This document shows positions 56,709-64,000 of a DNA stretch of 64,000 bases, one piece after another. Position 1 is the first letter of the stretch. Every line of letters begins with the position of its first letter. Source of the stretch: Deltaproteobacteria bacterium. Lineage in GTDB: Bacteria; Myxococcota_A; UBA9160; UBA4427. The stretch is from the NCBI GenBank assembly GCA_029261855.1, contig JAJDAN010000021.1:193923-257922 (forward strand), read 5' to 3'. The notes beneath the pieces are model-generated. The model ran no database searches, was not told where the DNA came from, and saw nothing but the letters and a program-made list of their open reading frames with translations. The position numbers and the translations under genes were made by a program.

Positions 56709-59024
56709 GTGAGCGCCCCGACCGCGGCAGAAACGGTCAACGGCGAGGGCGGTGGGGCCGGACGCTTGCTCGCGACCGCCGTCGCTGCCGCGGGTGGACT
56801 CGCCGCCTTCGAGATCGCCGCGCTCTCCGCCCGCGACGGCCTGTTCCTTTCCCAGCTACCCGCCGCCGACCTGCCGTGGGTGATGCTTGCCGCGGCCGGC
56901 GTGTCGCTGGTCGCGACGCTCGGGCTTTCGCAGTGGATGCGCGTCGCCCGACCGGACCGCGTCGCGCCGATCGCCCTGCTCTTCTCAGCGGCGTGCCTGG
57001 CCGGCATCGGCGTCACCATCGATTCGGCGCCGATTCCGGCGGCGCTGCTGCTGTACGTGCAGGTGACGGGGATCGGTCCCGTCGTCGCCTCGTCGTTCTG
57101 GTCGGTGGTCAACGAGCGCTTCGACCCCTACGAGGCGAAGCGCGTGGTGGCGCGGATGGCGGCGGCGGGTGCCCTCGGCGGCGTCGCGGGCGGCGGCCTC
57201 GCCGAGCGTCTGGCGACCTGGGCCGGCATCCCCAGCCTGCTCTTCGTGCTCGCGGGGATCGCCTGCGCGTGCGCATGGGCGACGCGGTCCATCGGCGCGC
57301 GTCCGGCACCGAACGCGGATCGCGCGACGACAGCGGGACGTGGCGAATCCGGGCTCGCGCTATTGCGCCGCATCTCGCTGCTGCGGCAGATGGCCGCCCT
57401 GATGCTCGTACTCGCGGTGGTCGAGACCCTCGTCGAGTACGCGCTCAAGGCCGAGGCCGCGCGCAACTTCCAGACGGACGAGAGCCTCGTCCGCTTCTTT
57501 GCGTTCTTCTATACGAGCTGCGGGCTGCTGGCGTTCGGCATCCAGTCGCTCGCAGGCGATCGCTTCCTGCGGCGCTTCGGCCTGGCGGGCGCCGTCGCGG
57601 TGCTGCCGGGAAGCGTGGCGCTGCTGGGTTCCCCGGGCGTACTGGTCGCGAAACTCTGGACCGTCGCCCTGGCGCGCGGGGCCGAGACGGTGGCGTCGGT
57701 CGCGTTCTTCCGGGCGGGCTTCCAACTGCTCTACACCCCGATGGCCGTCGGCGTGAAGCGACCCGCCAAGGTCTGGGTCGATGTGGCCTCCGGCAGCATC
57801 GGCGAAATGCTGGGTGCAGCCCTGGTTCTCGGTCTGCTCGTCACGGTGCCGGACCTGCCGACGCAGCTCGTGATGATCACCGCCGTCGTCGGCAGCGTGG
57901 TCGCGCTCGCCATCGTACGCCGGGTCCACAAGGGCTACGTCTCGGAGCTCAGTGACAGCCTGCGTCGGGGTCGCATCGAGATCCGTGCAGAGGACGCCCT
58001 CGACAAGACCACGCTGCAGACGGTCGTCCACAGCCAGATGGCCCTCAGTCGCAGCAGCCTGCTCGAGCAGGTCCGAGCCTTCGATGAGGGCCAGAAGGCA
58101 ACGCAGGGGGAATCGGCCCGCGCGACCACGGACGGGTCCGTGACTCAGCAGAAGCCGGCTGGCTCCATTCGGCTGTCCCCGCATGACGATCCCTGTCTCG
58201 ACTGGATCGAAGTGCTCTCGTCGAACGACGCGAGCGCGATCCGCAGCGCGCTCCGCGGCGGCATCGACGGGAGTCCGGGTGCGACCCCCGAACGCCGTCG
58301 TCGCCTCGTCGCCTGGGTGATTCCACTGCTCGCAGACGACGCTCTGGCCCGGGAAGCCCGCGACTACCTGCACCCGATCGCACCCCGTGCAGTCGGGCAA
58401 CTCGTCGACGTGCTCCTCGACGAGAGCCAGCCGGAGGTCGTCCGCACGCGCGTGGCGTGGATCCTCGGCGGAATCGACGACCCGCGGGCCTTCGACGGCC
58501 TCTGGCGCGGCGCGAGCGACGAGCGCTTCGGGGTTCGCGTCGCCTGCGGTCGCGCGGCCGCCCGCATCGTCGCACGTGTCCCGGAAGCGAAGCCCGACGT
58601 GGACGCGGTCCACGCCGCCGTCCTGGCAGAGCTCGACGTCGACGAAGCTGTCTGGACCCGACAGCCACGCCGAACCGACGAACGCATCGGCGAGGGCTCC
58701 GTGTTGATCAGCCGCAAGGCCGTCACGACGGTGCAGCCGAGCCTCGAGCACGTCTTCACGCTGCTCGCGATCTCCTATGAACGCGAGCTGATCGCTTCGG
58801 CTCTCGCGGGGCTCGCGAGTCGCGACGAGGGCCTGCGGGGCACGGCCCTCGAGCTGCTCGAATCCGTGCTGCCGGCGACGCTGCGCAAGCAACTCTGGCC
58901 TCGTCTCCACGCCCCCGCAGCGATGCGCGAGCACCACCGCAACCCGCAGCAGATCGCCGCCGAGTTGCTCGAGACGACGGCCGGCGCCGTGCTCGACCGG
59001 GAGTCCTTGTTCAAGGACTCGTGA
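56709..59024 (+). CDS. TLC (ATP/ADP-translocase)-like polytopic transporter domain fused to a C-terminal HEAT-repeat domain
   Basis: The N-terminal ~400 aa is multi-TM with the TLC-family signature FWSVVNERFDPYEAKRVVARMAAAGALGGVAGG. The C-terminal ~330 aa is soluble with HEAT/PBS-lyase-like repeats (VRTRVAWILGGIDDPRAFDGL..., GVRVACGRAAARI). GTG start. Confidence 0.7.
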   Translation: MSAPTAAETVNGEGGGAGRLLATAVAAAGGLAAFEIAALSARDGLFLSQLPAADLPWVMLAAAGVSLVATLGLSQWMRVARPDRVAPIALLFSAACLAGIGVTIDSAPIPAALLLYVQVTGIGPVVASSFWSVVNERFDPYEAKRVVARMAAAGALGGVAGGGLAERLATWAGIPSLLFVLAGIACACAWATRSIGARPAPNADRATTAGRGESGLALLRRISLLRQMAALMLVLAVVETLVEYALKAEAARNFQTDESLVRFFAFFYTSCGLLAFGIQSLAGDRFLRRFGLAGAVAVLPGSVALLGSPGVLVAKLWTVALARGAETVASVAFFRAGFQLLYTPMAVGVKRPAKVWVDVASGSIGEMLGAALVLGLLVTVPDLPTQLVMITAVVGSVVALAIVRRVHKGYVSELSDSLRRGRIEIRAEDALDKTTLQTVVHSQMALSRSSLLEQVRAFDEGQKATQGESARATTDGSVTQQKPAGSIRLSPHDDPCLDWIEVLSSNDASAIRSALRGGIDGSPGATPERRRRLVAWVIPLLADDALAREARDYLHPIAPRAVGQLVDVLLDESQPEVVRTRVAWILGGIDDPRAFDGLWRGASDERFGVRVACGRAAARIVARVPEAKPDVDAVHAAVLAELDVDEAVWTRQPRRTDERIGEGSVLISRKAVTTVQPSLEHVFTLLAISYERELIASALAGLASRDEGLRGTALELLESVLPATLRKQLWPRLHAPAAMREHHRNPQQIAAELLETTAGAVLDRESLFKDS

Positions 59025-59043
59025 TGCGTGCGTTCAGGAGCTG

Positions 59044-59670
59044 CTAACGCCGGCGCGCGACGAGTTCCTCGAGGACCACCGCGTTCTCGTCTTCGCGCTC
59101 GGCCGCGGCCAGCAGGGCGGCCTTGGCTTCCGGGTCCGTCTCCTGTCCCGCCCAGCCGCGGTAGAGGGCACCCCCGGATCGTTCGAGGCGCGCCAGCAGG
59201 TCCTGCCGGTCGAGCGTCCCGCCGTCGGCGAAGAGTGCTCCCAGCTGCTCTTCGGCGGACACCTCACGCGGCAGCACGATCTGCGTCTGGGTGACGAGTG
59301 CGACGAGACGACCGTCCTCGCGCGTGATCCGCGTCTGCCAGACCATCGTGCGCCGTCCCTTGTGCAGGGGCCGGCACTCTCCCCGCACCTTCGCCTGGCT
59401 CGGCGCCTTCGAGAAGAAGTTCGTCTTCGACTCGATGGTCGTGGTTCCGTCGCCCGGGCTCAGGCTCAGCACTGTCCCGTAGGCACCCAGGGTGTCTGCG
59501 AAGGCCATGATGGCGCCCCCGTGCATGACGCCCGGCGTGGTGCAGAGCGCTTCGGTGACGAAGAGCTCCGCCTCGATGCAGTCGGGTTCGGCGCGGAGAA
59601 ACTGGACACCGAGGGTCTCCGGAAGGAGACCCTGGGTGGTCTGCTGCACGGTCGCGAGATCCATTTCCAT
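59044..59670 (-). CDS. PaaI/hotdog-fold thioesterase with ~65-aa C-terminal extension
   Basis: The start is the internal ATG 59670. LGVQFLRAEPDCIEAELFVTEALCTTPGVMHGGAIMAFADTLG...ESKTNFF is typical of the PaaI family. Confidence 0.8.
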   Translation of the reverse strand: MEMDLATVQQTTQGLLPETLGVQFLRAEPDCIEAELFVTEALCTTPGVMHGGAIMAFADTLGAYGTVLSLSPGDGTTTIESKTNFFSKAPSQAKVRGECRPLHKGRRTMVWQTRITREDGRLVALVTQTQIVLPREVSAEEQLGALFADGGTLDRQDLLARLERSGGALYRGWAGQETDPEAKAALLAAAEREDENAVVLEELVARRR

Positions 59671-59761
59671 CGCGCAAGGGAACCCCAGATCGCACGTCGC
59701 GACAGGGCCCATTCCGCCAGAAATCAGGGGACCAATCCGGGGCGCCGATCCGAACGCGACA

Positions 59762-60262
59762 TCAGGGCTCCCAGGCGCACAGTCGCACCCGATCCCGCGG
59801 CGGGTTCGAGAACCCGGCCCCGGGCTTCCAGCCACTTTCCTTCATGACTTCGAGCATGTGCACCATGTTGATCAGGTCCTGCTCGAAGCTGAATTTGCCA
59901 TCCCCGGCGTATCGGATGCGGGACATGCCGGGTACCTGGTAGTAGCTGCCGTCCGGCCGATGGCCGGGAAGACGGTTCTGCCAGCCCGTGATCAGGCAAT
60001 CGCCTTCGAAGGCGATCCATTCCAGCGGGAAGGTCCAGTCTTCGAGGCCGCGCATGCTGTCCTCGAGAAACTGGACGATGGCATCGAGACCATCGACCCG
60101 GCCCCAGGCCGGGTCGACGAAGGTGGCGTCCGACGTGAAGTGGTCGCGCAGTGCGTCCCACCAGAGTTCGCCGGCGTCGATGCGCTCGCGGGTCTTCTTG
60201 TAGGCCTCGTAGGCCTGTGCGAGCTCCTCCTGCTGGAACCTTGCCTGCGCGGAACCTGCCAT
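59762..60262 (-). CDS. NTF2/SnoaL-like fold protein (tentative)
   Basis: ATG 60262 has SD GGAGGAGG upstream. The length (~166 aa) and pattern (TFVDPAWGRVDGLDAIVQFLEDSM...WIAFEGDCLITGW) resemble SnoaL_2/NTF2-family proteins. This is a by-eye call only. Confidence 0.5.
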   Translation of the reverse strand: MAGSAQARFQQEELAQAYEAYKKTRERIDAGELWWDALRDHFTSDATFVDPAWGRVDGLDAIVQFLEDSMRGLEDWTFPLEWIAFEGDCLITGWQNRLPGHRPDGSYYQVPGMSRIRYAGDGKFSFEQDLINMVHMLEVMKESGWKPGAGFSNPPRDRVRLCAWEP

Positions 60263-60337
60263 GGCGTCTCCTCCTCCCGCGGGACGATAGGCCAATCGGC
60301 CCAGGGCTCGGCTGCGAGACGAGGTAATCTCGGGGAC

Positions 60338-61654
60338 ATGCGCGCAGCCGCCGTCGCCTTGGTCGTCGCCCTTGCCGTCTCCCTGGCAGCCCTTGCAGGC
60401 TGCGTCGCCACCACGCCCATGGTCGACGACGTGCCCCCGGGAACGCCCGCCGCCATCGACGGGCTGTGGCTCGACACGACGGCCAACGTCCGGGTCCAGA
60501 TCGGGGCCGGCCGCATGTGGGCGGACGAGGCCTACACCAGCGGCATCTGGCGCAACCGCAAGGGCCAGATCCAGGCCGTCAACGTGCGCCGCACGGGCCC
60601 CCGCAAGTTCGAGGGCTGGAACCCCGGCTACCAGGGGCCGTACTACTTCTACGTGCAGGACGACGGCCGCCTGGCCTTGTTGCTACGCACCAAGTTGTTC
60701 GGCGACTACCAGGCGTTCCTCGAGCGGCTTTCCCTCGACGACGAAGCTGCCTACGCGGCAGAAGAAACCCAGGCGGATCCGGGACTCCCGTGGCAGGACC
60801 CGGCCGTGATGAAGACACAGCTCGCTACGGCGGCGACGCCAGCGACAGCCCCGACTCCGCCGACACCACCGACGTCGCCGGCGTCGTCGCCGGGCGGGAG
60901 CGCCCTTGCGCCGACGCCCTTCCAGGCGCCGGCGGATGTCGACTTCGGCCGCTACTACGCGCTGCTCATCGGGAACAACGGCTACAAACATCTCCCGCGT
61001 CTGGTGTCGGCCGAGTCCGACGTGGATGCCATCGAGAAGGTGCTCGAGAACCGATACGGCTTCGAGACGCGCGTGCTCGGCGACGCGTCCCGGGACGATG
61101 TCCTGCTGGCGCTCGAGCAGTACCGGCGCCAACTTACCCCCCGCGACAACCTGCTGATCTACTACGCCGGTCACGGTTGGCTCGACGAGGACGCAGACGA
61201 GGGATACTGGCTGCCCGTGGACGCGACCGCCGAGAGCAGCATCAATTGGATCCCCAACGCGACCCTCACCTCCGCGCTGAAGGCCATCCAGGCGAAGCAC
61301 GTCCTGGTCGTCGCGGACAGCTGCTATTCCGGCAAGCTCACCCGTGGCATCTCCGTGCGAGCGAACCGCCCGCCGGACCATTTCGCGCGCATGGCGGGCA
61401 AGCGAGCGCGCATGGTGATCTCGTCCGGCGGGCTCGAGCCGGTGCTCGACGGCGGCCGCGGGAATCACTCGGTGTTCGCGGGCGCCTTCCTCGACGCGCT
61501 CGAGCAGAATGACGGCATCGTGGACACGACCACGCTCTTCTCGCGCATTCGCCGGGACGTCATGCTGCACGCGGACCAGACCCCTGAGCTGGCAGACATC
61601 CGCAAGTCCGGCCACGAGGGAGGCGACTTCCTCTTCGTCCCGAAGGACCGTTGA
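60338..61654 (+). CDS. Caspase-fold (peptidase C14) lipoprotein
   Basis: The start is the internal ATG 60338 of track ORF 59492..61654. The lipobox is LAALAGCV. A Pro/Thr-rich linker follows. The C14 domain has YALLIGNNGY, the catalytic His (LIYYAGHG) and the catalytic Cys (VVADSCYSG). Confidence 0.85.
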   Translation: MRAAAVALVVALAVSLAALAGCVATTPMVDDVPPGTPAAIDGLWLDTTANVRVQIGAGRMWADEAYTSGIWRNRKGQIQAVNVRRTGPRKFEGWNPGYQGPYYFYVQDDGRLALLLRTKLFGDYQAFLERLSLDDEAAYAAEETQADPGLPWQDPAVMKTQLATAATPATAPTPPTPPTSPASSPGGSALAPTPFQAPADVDFGRYYALLIGNNGYKHLPRLVSAESDVDAIEKVLENRYGFETRVLGDASRDDVLLALEQYRRQLTPRDNLLIYYAGHGWLDEDADEGYWLPVDATAESSINWIPNATLTSALKAIQAKHVLVVADSCYSGKLTRGISVRANRPPDHFARMAGKRARMVISSGGLEPVLDGGRGNHSVFAGAFLDALEQNDGIVDTTTLFSRIRRDVMLHADQTPELADIRKSGHEGGDFLFVPKDR

Positions 61655-62964
61655 CCTTGGCCCGCAACCCTGCCCACAGCCTGTTCTCGTCGTTTCCCTT
61701 CCCCCGTTCCGGTCGCTGCCCGGTCCCCGAGGACCTTTCCGAGGTGCTGTCGGTCGGCGACGAGGTGTCGGCGGCTCGGGCCGGCTGCCAGCCCGGCGGC
61801 CCCGAAGAGGTCTGGAGCAGGGCCGAGGCTCTCTACCGCAGTGGGGTGACACCTGCCCTGCAGCTCTGCGTTCGCTACCGGGGCCACGTCGTGCTCGACC
61901 GCTGCCTCGGACACGCGCGGGGCAACGCGCCGACGGACCCGGCCGACGGACCCAAGCCCCTCGCGACGACCCACACGCCGATGAACGTCTTCTCGTCCGC
62001 GAAGCTCGTGACGGCCATGCTCATCCACAAGCTCGACGAGCAGGGCCAGCTGCACCTGGAGGACCGGGTCAGCGACTACATCCCGGAATTCGGTCGTCAC
62101 GGCAAGCGCTGGATCACCTTCCGTCACCTGCTCTCGCACCGGGCGGGCATCCCGAATCTGCCTCCTGAGGCACTGGATCTCGACCTGCTGGCGGACCCGG
62201 ATCTCATGTGCGAGATGATCTGCGGGCTCAAGCGCGCAGGACGGCCGGGGCGCTTCGTCGCCTACCACGCCATCAGTACGGGCTTCGTGTTCGCCGAAGT
62301 CGTGCGTCGCATCACGGGACAGACGATCCGCGAGGTCCTGCAGAAGGAATTCCGCGAGCCTCTCGGACTCGAGTGGTTGCACTACGGCGTCGCGCCCGAA
62401 GACGTCGAGCGGGTTGCGCAAAACGCCGCCACCGGGCCGCCCATCCCCTACCCGATGGCCCGTATGCTCGAGCGCGCCCTCGGGAGGCCCTGGACCGACA
62501 TCATCGACATGTCGAACGATCCGCGCTTCCTGACGGGCATCGTCCCGGCGGGTTGCCTGCTCACCACGGCCCGGGACCTGTCGGCGTTCCTGCAGTGCAT
62601 GCTCAACGACGGCGAACTCGACGGCGCGCGCGTCTTCGAGCCGCGCACGATCCACCACGCCCTGAACGAGGCCAGCTACCGCAAGATCGACATGACCCTC
62701 TTCATGCCGTTGCGCTACGGACTCGGCCCGATGCTCGGCGACGATCCAATCGGCATCTTCGGCCCCAATAGCCGCCACGCCTTCGGTCACGTCGGGTTGT
62801 CGAACGTCTTTCCCTGGGCGGACGCGGATCGCGACATCGCGGTCACGTTGATTACGACGGGGAAGGCGATCGTCAGCCCCCACGTGATCCCGCTGTGGCA
62901 GCTCCTGTCGACCATCGGCCGGGTCTTCCCGCGGCTCCGCAAGAAGCGGCCGCAGTTCAACTAG
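61651..62964 (+). CDS. Beta-lactamase-fold serine hydrolase (class C/EstB-like)
   Basis: The SxxK motif is FSSAKLVTAML, and a YxN-like region and LLSHRAGI are present. The TTG 61651 start (TTGA overlap with the caspase stop) is uncertain; GTG 61744 is an alternative. Confidence 0.85.
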   Translation: MTLARNPAHSLFSSFPFPRSGRCPVPEDLSEVLSVGDEVSAARAGCQPGGPEEVWSRAEALYRSGVTPALQLCVRYRGHVVLDRCLGHARGNAPTDPADGPKPLATTHTPMNVFSSAKLVTAMLIHKLDEQGQLHLEDRVSDYIPEFGRHGKRWITFRHLLSHRAGIPNLPPEALDLDLLADPDLMCEMICGLKRAGRPGRFVAYHAISTGFVFAEVVRRITGQTIREVLQKEFREPLGLEWLHYGVAPEDVERVAQNAATGPPIPYPMARMLERALGRPWTDIIDMSNDPRFLTGIVPAGCLLTTARDLSAFLQCMLNDGELDGARVFEPRTIHHALNEASYRKIDMTLFMPLRYGLGPMLGDDPIGIFGPNSRHAFGHVGLSNVFPWADADRDIAVTLITTGKAIVSPHVIPLWQLLSTIGRVFPRLRKKRPQFN

Positions 62965-62975
62965 ACCGGGTCTTG

Positions 62976-64000
62976 ATGAGCAGCCCGAGCATCCGTATCG
63001 ACGACCTCGCGAACCCGGTCCTCACCCGGCTCCAGCGCGCCGCGCGGGAGGGTGCGGAACAGATCCCGGTCGACCTCAGCGTCGAGGGCATCCTCGACCA
63101 GGCCGCCCAGCAGACGGGGCTCACGGACTTCGGACCGGACGACTTCCGCGAACGCCTTGGCGTGTGGCTACAGAGCATCGGTGAAGACCACAATCTGAGC
63201 GCCGTCGGCCGGGTCGGCGCCTTCCGCGAGTGCCTGCGATACGCGGTCGCCCGCCTGCGCATCGAGGACTTCGTCCGCCAGAACCCCGGCATCCACGACG
63301 TCGAGATCGAACGCCCGATCATCGTCGTCGGGCTGCCGCGGTCGGGCACCACCCACCTGCTGAACCTGATGGCCGCGGACACCCGGCTGCGTTCGATGCC
63401 GTACTGGGAAAGCCTCGAGCCGGTGCCGACGCCGGGCGAGGCCCCGGGAAGCGACGGCGTCGATCCGCGCCTGGCCCGTTGTCGCAAGGGCTACGAGATG
63501 CAGTGCAAGCTTCTCCCCCTGCTGAAGAACATGCACGACATGGCCCCCGAGCACGTCCACGAAGAGATCGAGCTGATGGGCCCGGACTTCAGCGCCTACA
63601 TGATCGAGTGGGTGGTGCGCGTGCCGCGCTGGCGCGACTACTACTACGCCCGCGATCAGCGCCCCCACTACGCGTACTTGAAGCGCGCGCTACAGGTCCT
63701 GCAGTACCAGCGCGGCCCGAACCGCTGGGTGCTGAAGTCGCCGGGCCATCTCGAGCAACTCGGCCCCCTGATGGACACCTTCCCCGACGCCACGGTCGCC
63801 TTCACGCACCGGGACCCGGTGTCCGTGATCGCGTCCGCGATCACCATGCTGACCTACGGAGACCGCCTTCGCTGCAAGCACCCGGACCCGGCGGACAACG
63901 CCCGCTACTGGACCGACCGCGTCGAACGCCTGCTGCGGAAGTGCGTGGAGGACCGCGCGCGGGTGCCCGAAGACCAGAGCCTGGACGTCCTGTTCCACGA
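62976..64000 (+). CDS. Sulfotransferase-family protein (partial; continues past window end)
   Basis: The frame is open from ATG 62976 to the window end, so it is not in the ORF track. My translation includes the PAPS loop PIIVVGLPRSGTTHLLNLMAAD and WVLKSPGHLEQL...AFTHRDPVSVIAS (3'-PB-like). Confidence 0.8.
   Translation, partial: MSSPSIRIDDLANPVLTRLQRAAREGAEQIPVDLSVEGILDQAAQQTGLTDFGPDDFRERLGVWLQSIGEDHNLSAVGRVGAFRECLRYAVARLRIEDFVRQNPGIHDVEIERPIIVVGLPRSGTTHLLNLMAADTRLRSMPYWESLEPVPTPGEAPGSDGVDPRLARCRKGYEMQCKLLPLLKNMHDMAPEHVHEEIELMGPDFSAYMIEWVVRVPRWRDYYYARDQRPHYAYLKRALQVLQYQRGPNRWVLKSPGHLEQLGPLMDTFPDATVAFTHRDPVSVIASAITMLTYGDRLRCKHPDPADNARYWTDRVERLLRKCVEDRARVPEDQSLDVLFH

Overview
This is a visibly GC-rich (roughly two-thirds G+C by eye, not computed), gene-dense chromosomal segment of a Gram-negative bacterium, since LptD is present. 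A complete Na+-translocating NADH:quinone oxidoreductase operon (nqrABCDEF-apbE-nqrM, minus strand, 37996-45194) and a betaine-type ABC importer suggest a marine or saline lifestyle. I call about 60 protein genes, mostly housekeeping and metabolism: trpE, lptD, dtd, dcd, queG, GH1 beta-glucosidase, greB, an AlsS-like TPP enzyme, xylAB, an ArgD-like aminotransferase, ridA, a GH38 mannosidase and cyclophilin. Signalling and tailoring genes include a Ser/Thr kinase fused to a cNMP-binding domain, a hybrid PAS/GAF histidine kinase, an exosortase, four class I SAM methyltransferases, two sulfotransferases, an S8 protease and a caspase-fold lipoprotein. I recognised no rRNA, tRNA, CRISPR array, transposase or integrase. 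Many long ORFs in the six-frame track are antisense or out-of-frame shadows typical of high-GC DNA, and several real genes start well inside the listed ORF. Two genes run off the window ends and are therefore missing from the track (trpE at 1-1112, a sulfotransferase at 62976-64000). The items most worth a second look are: (1) an unlisted 43-codon, highly acidic, Tyr-containing ORF 37 nt downstream of a TPST/RaxST-like sulfotransferase, a possible sulfated-peptide (RiPP-like) pair with no associated processing or export genes; (2) an orphan promoter, Arg-rich mini-ORF and intrinsic terminator arrangement in the ArgD-like gene's leader; (3) three separate loci where short tandem repeats start inside the last codons of a gene and re-copy its stop codon. 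All calls come from reading the sequence and translations by eye; no searches were run.
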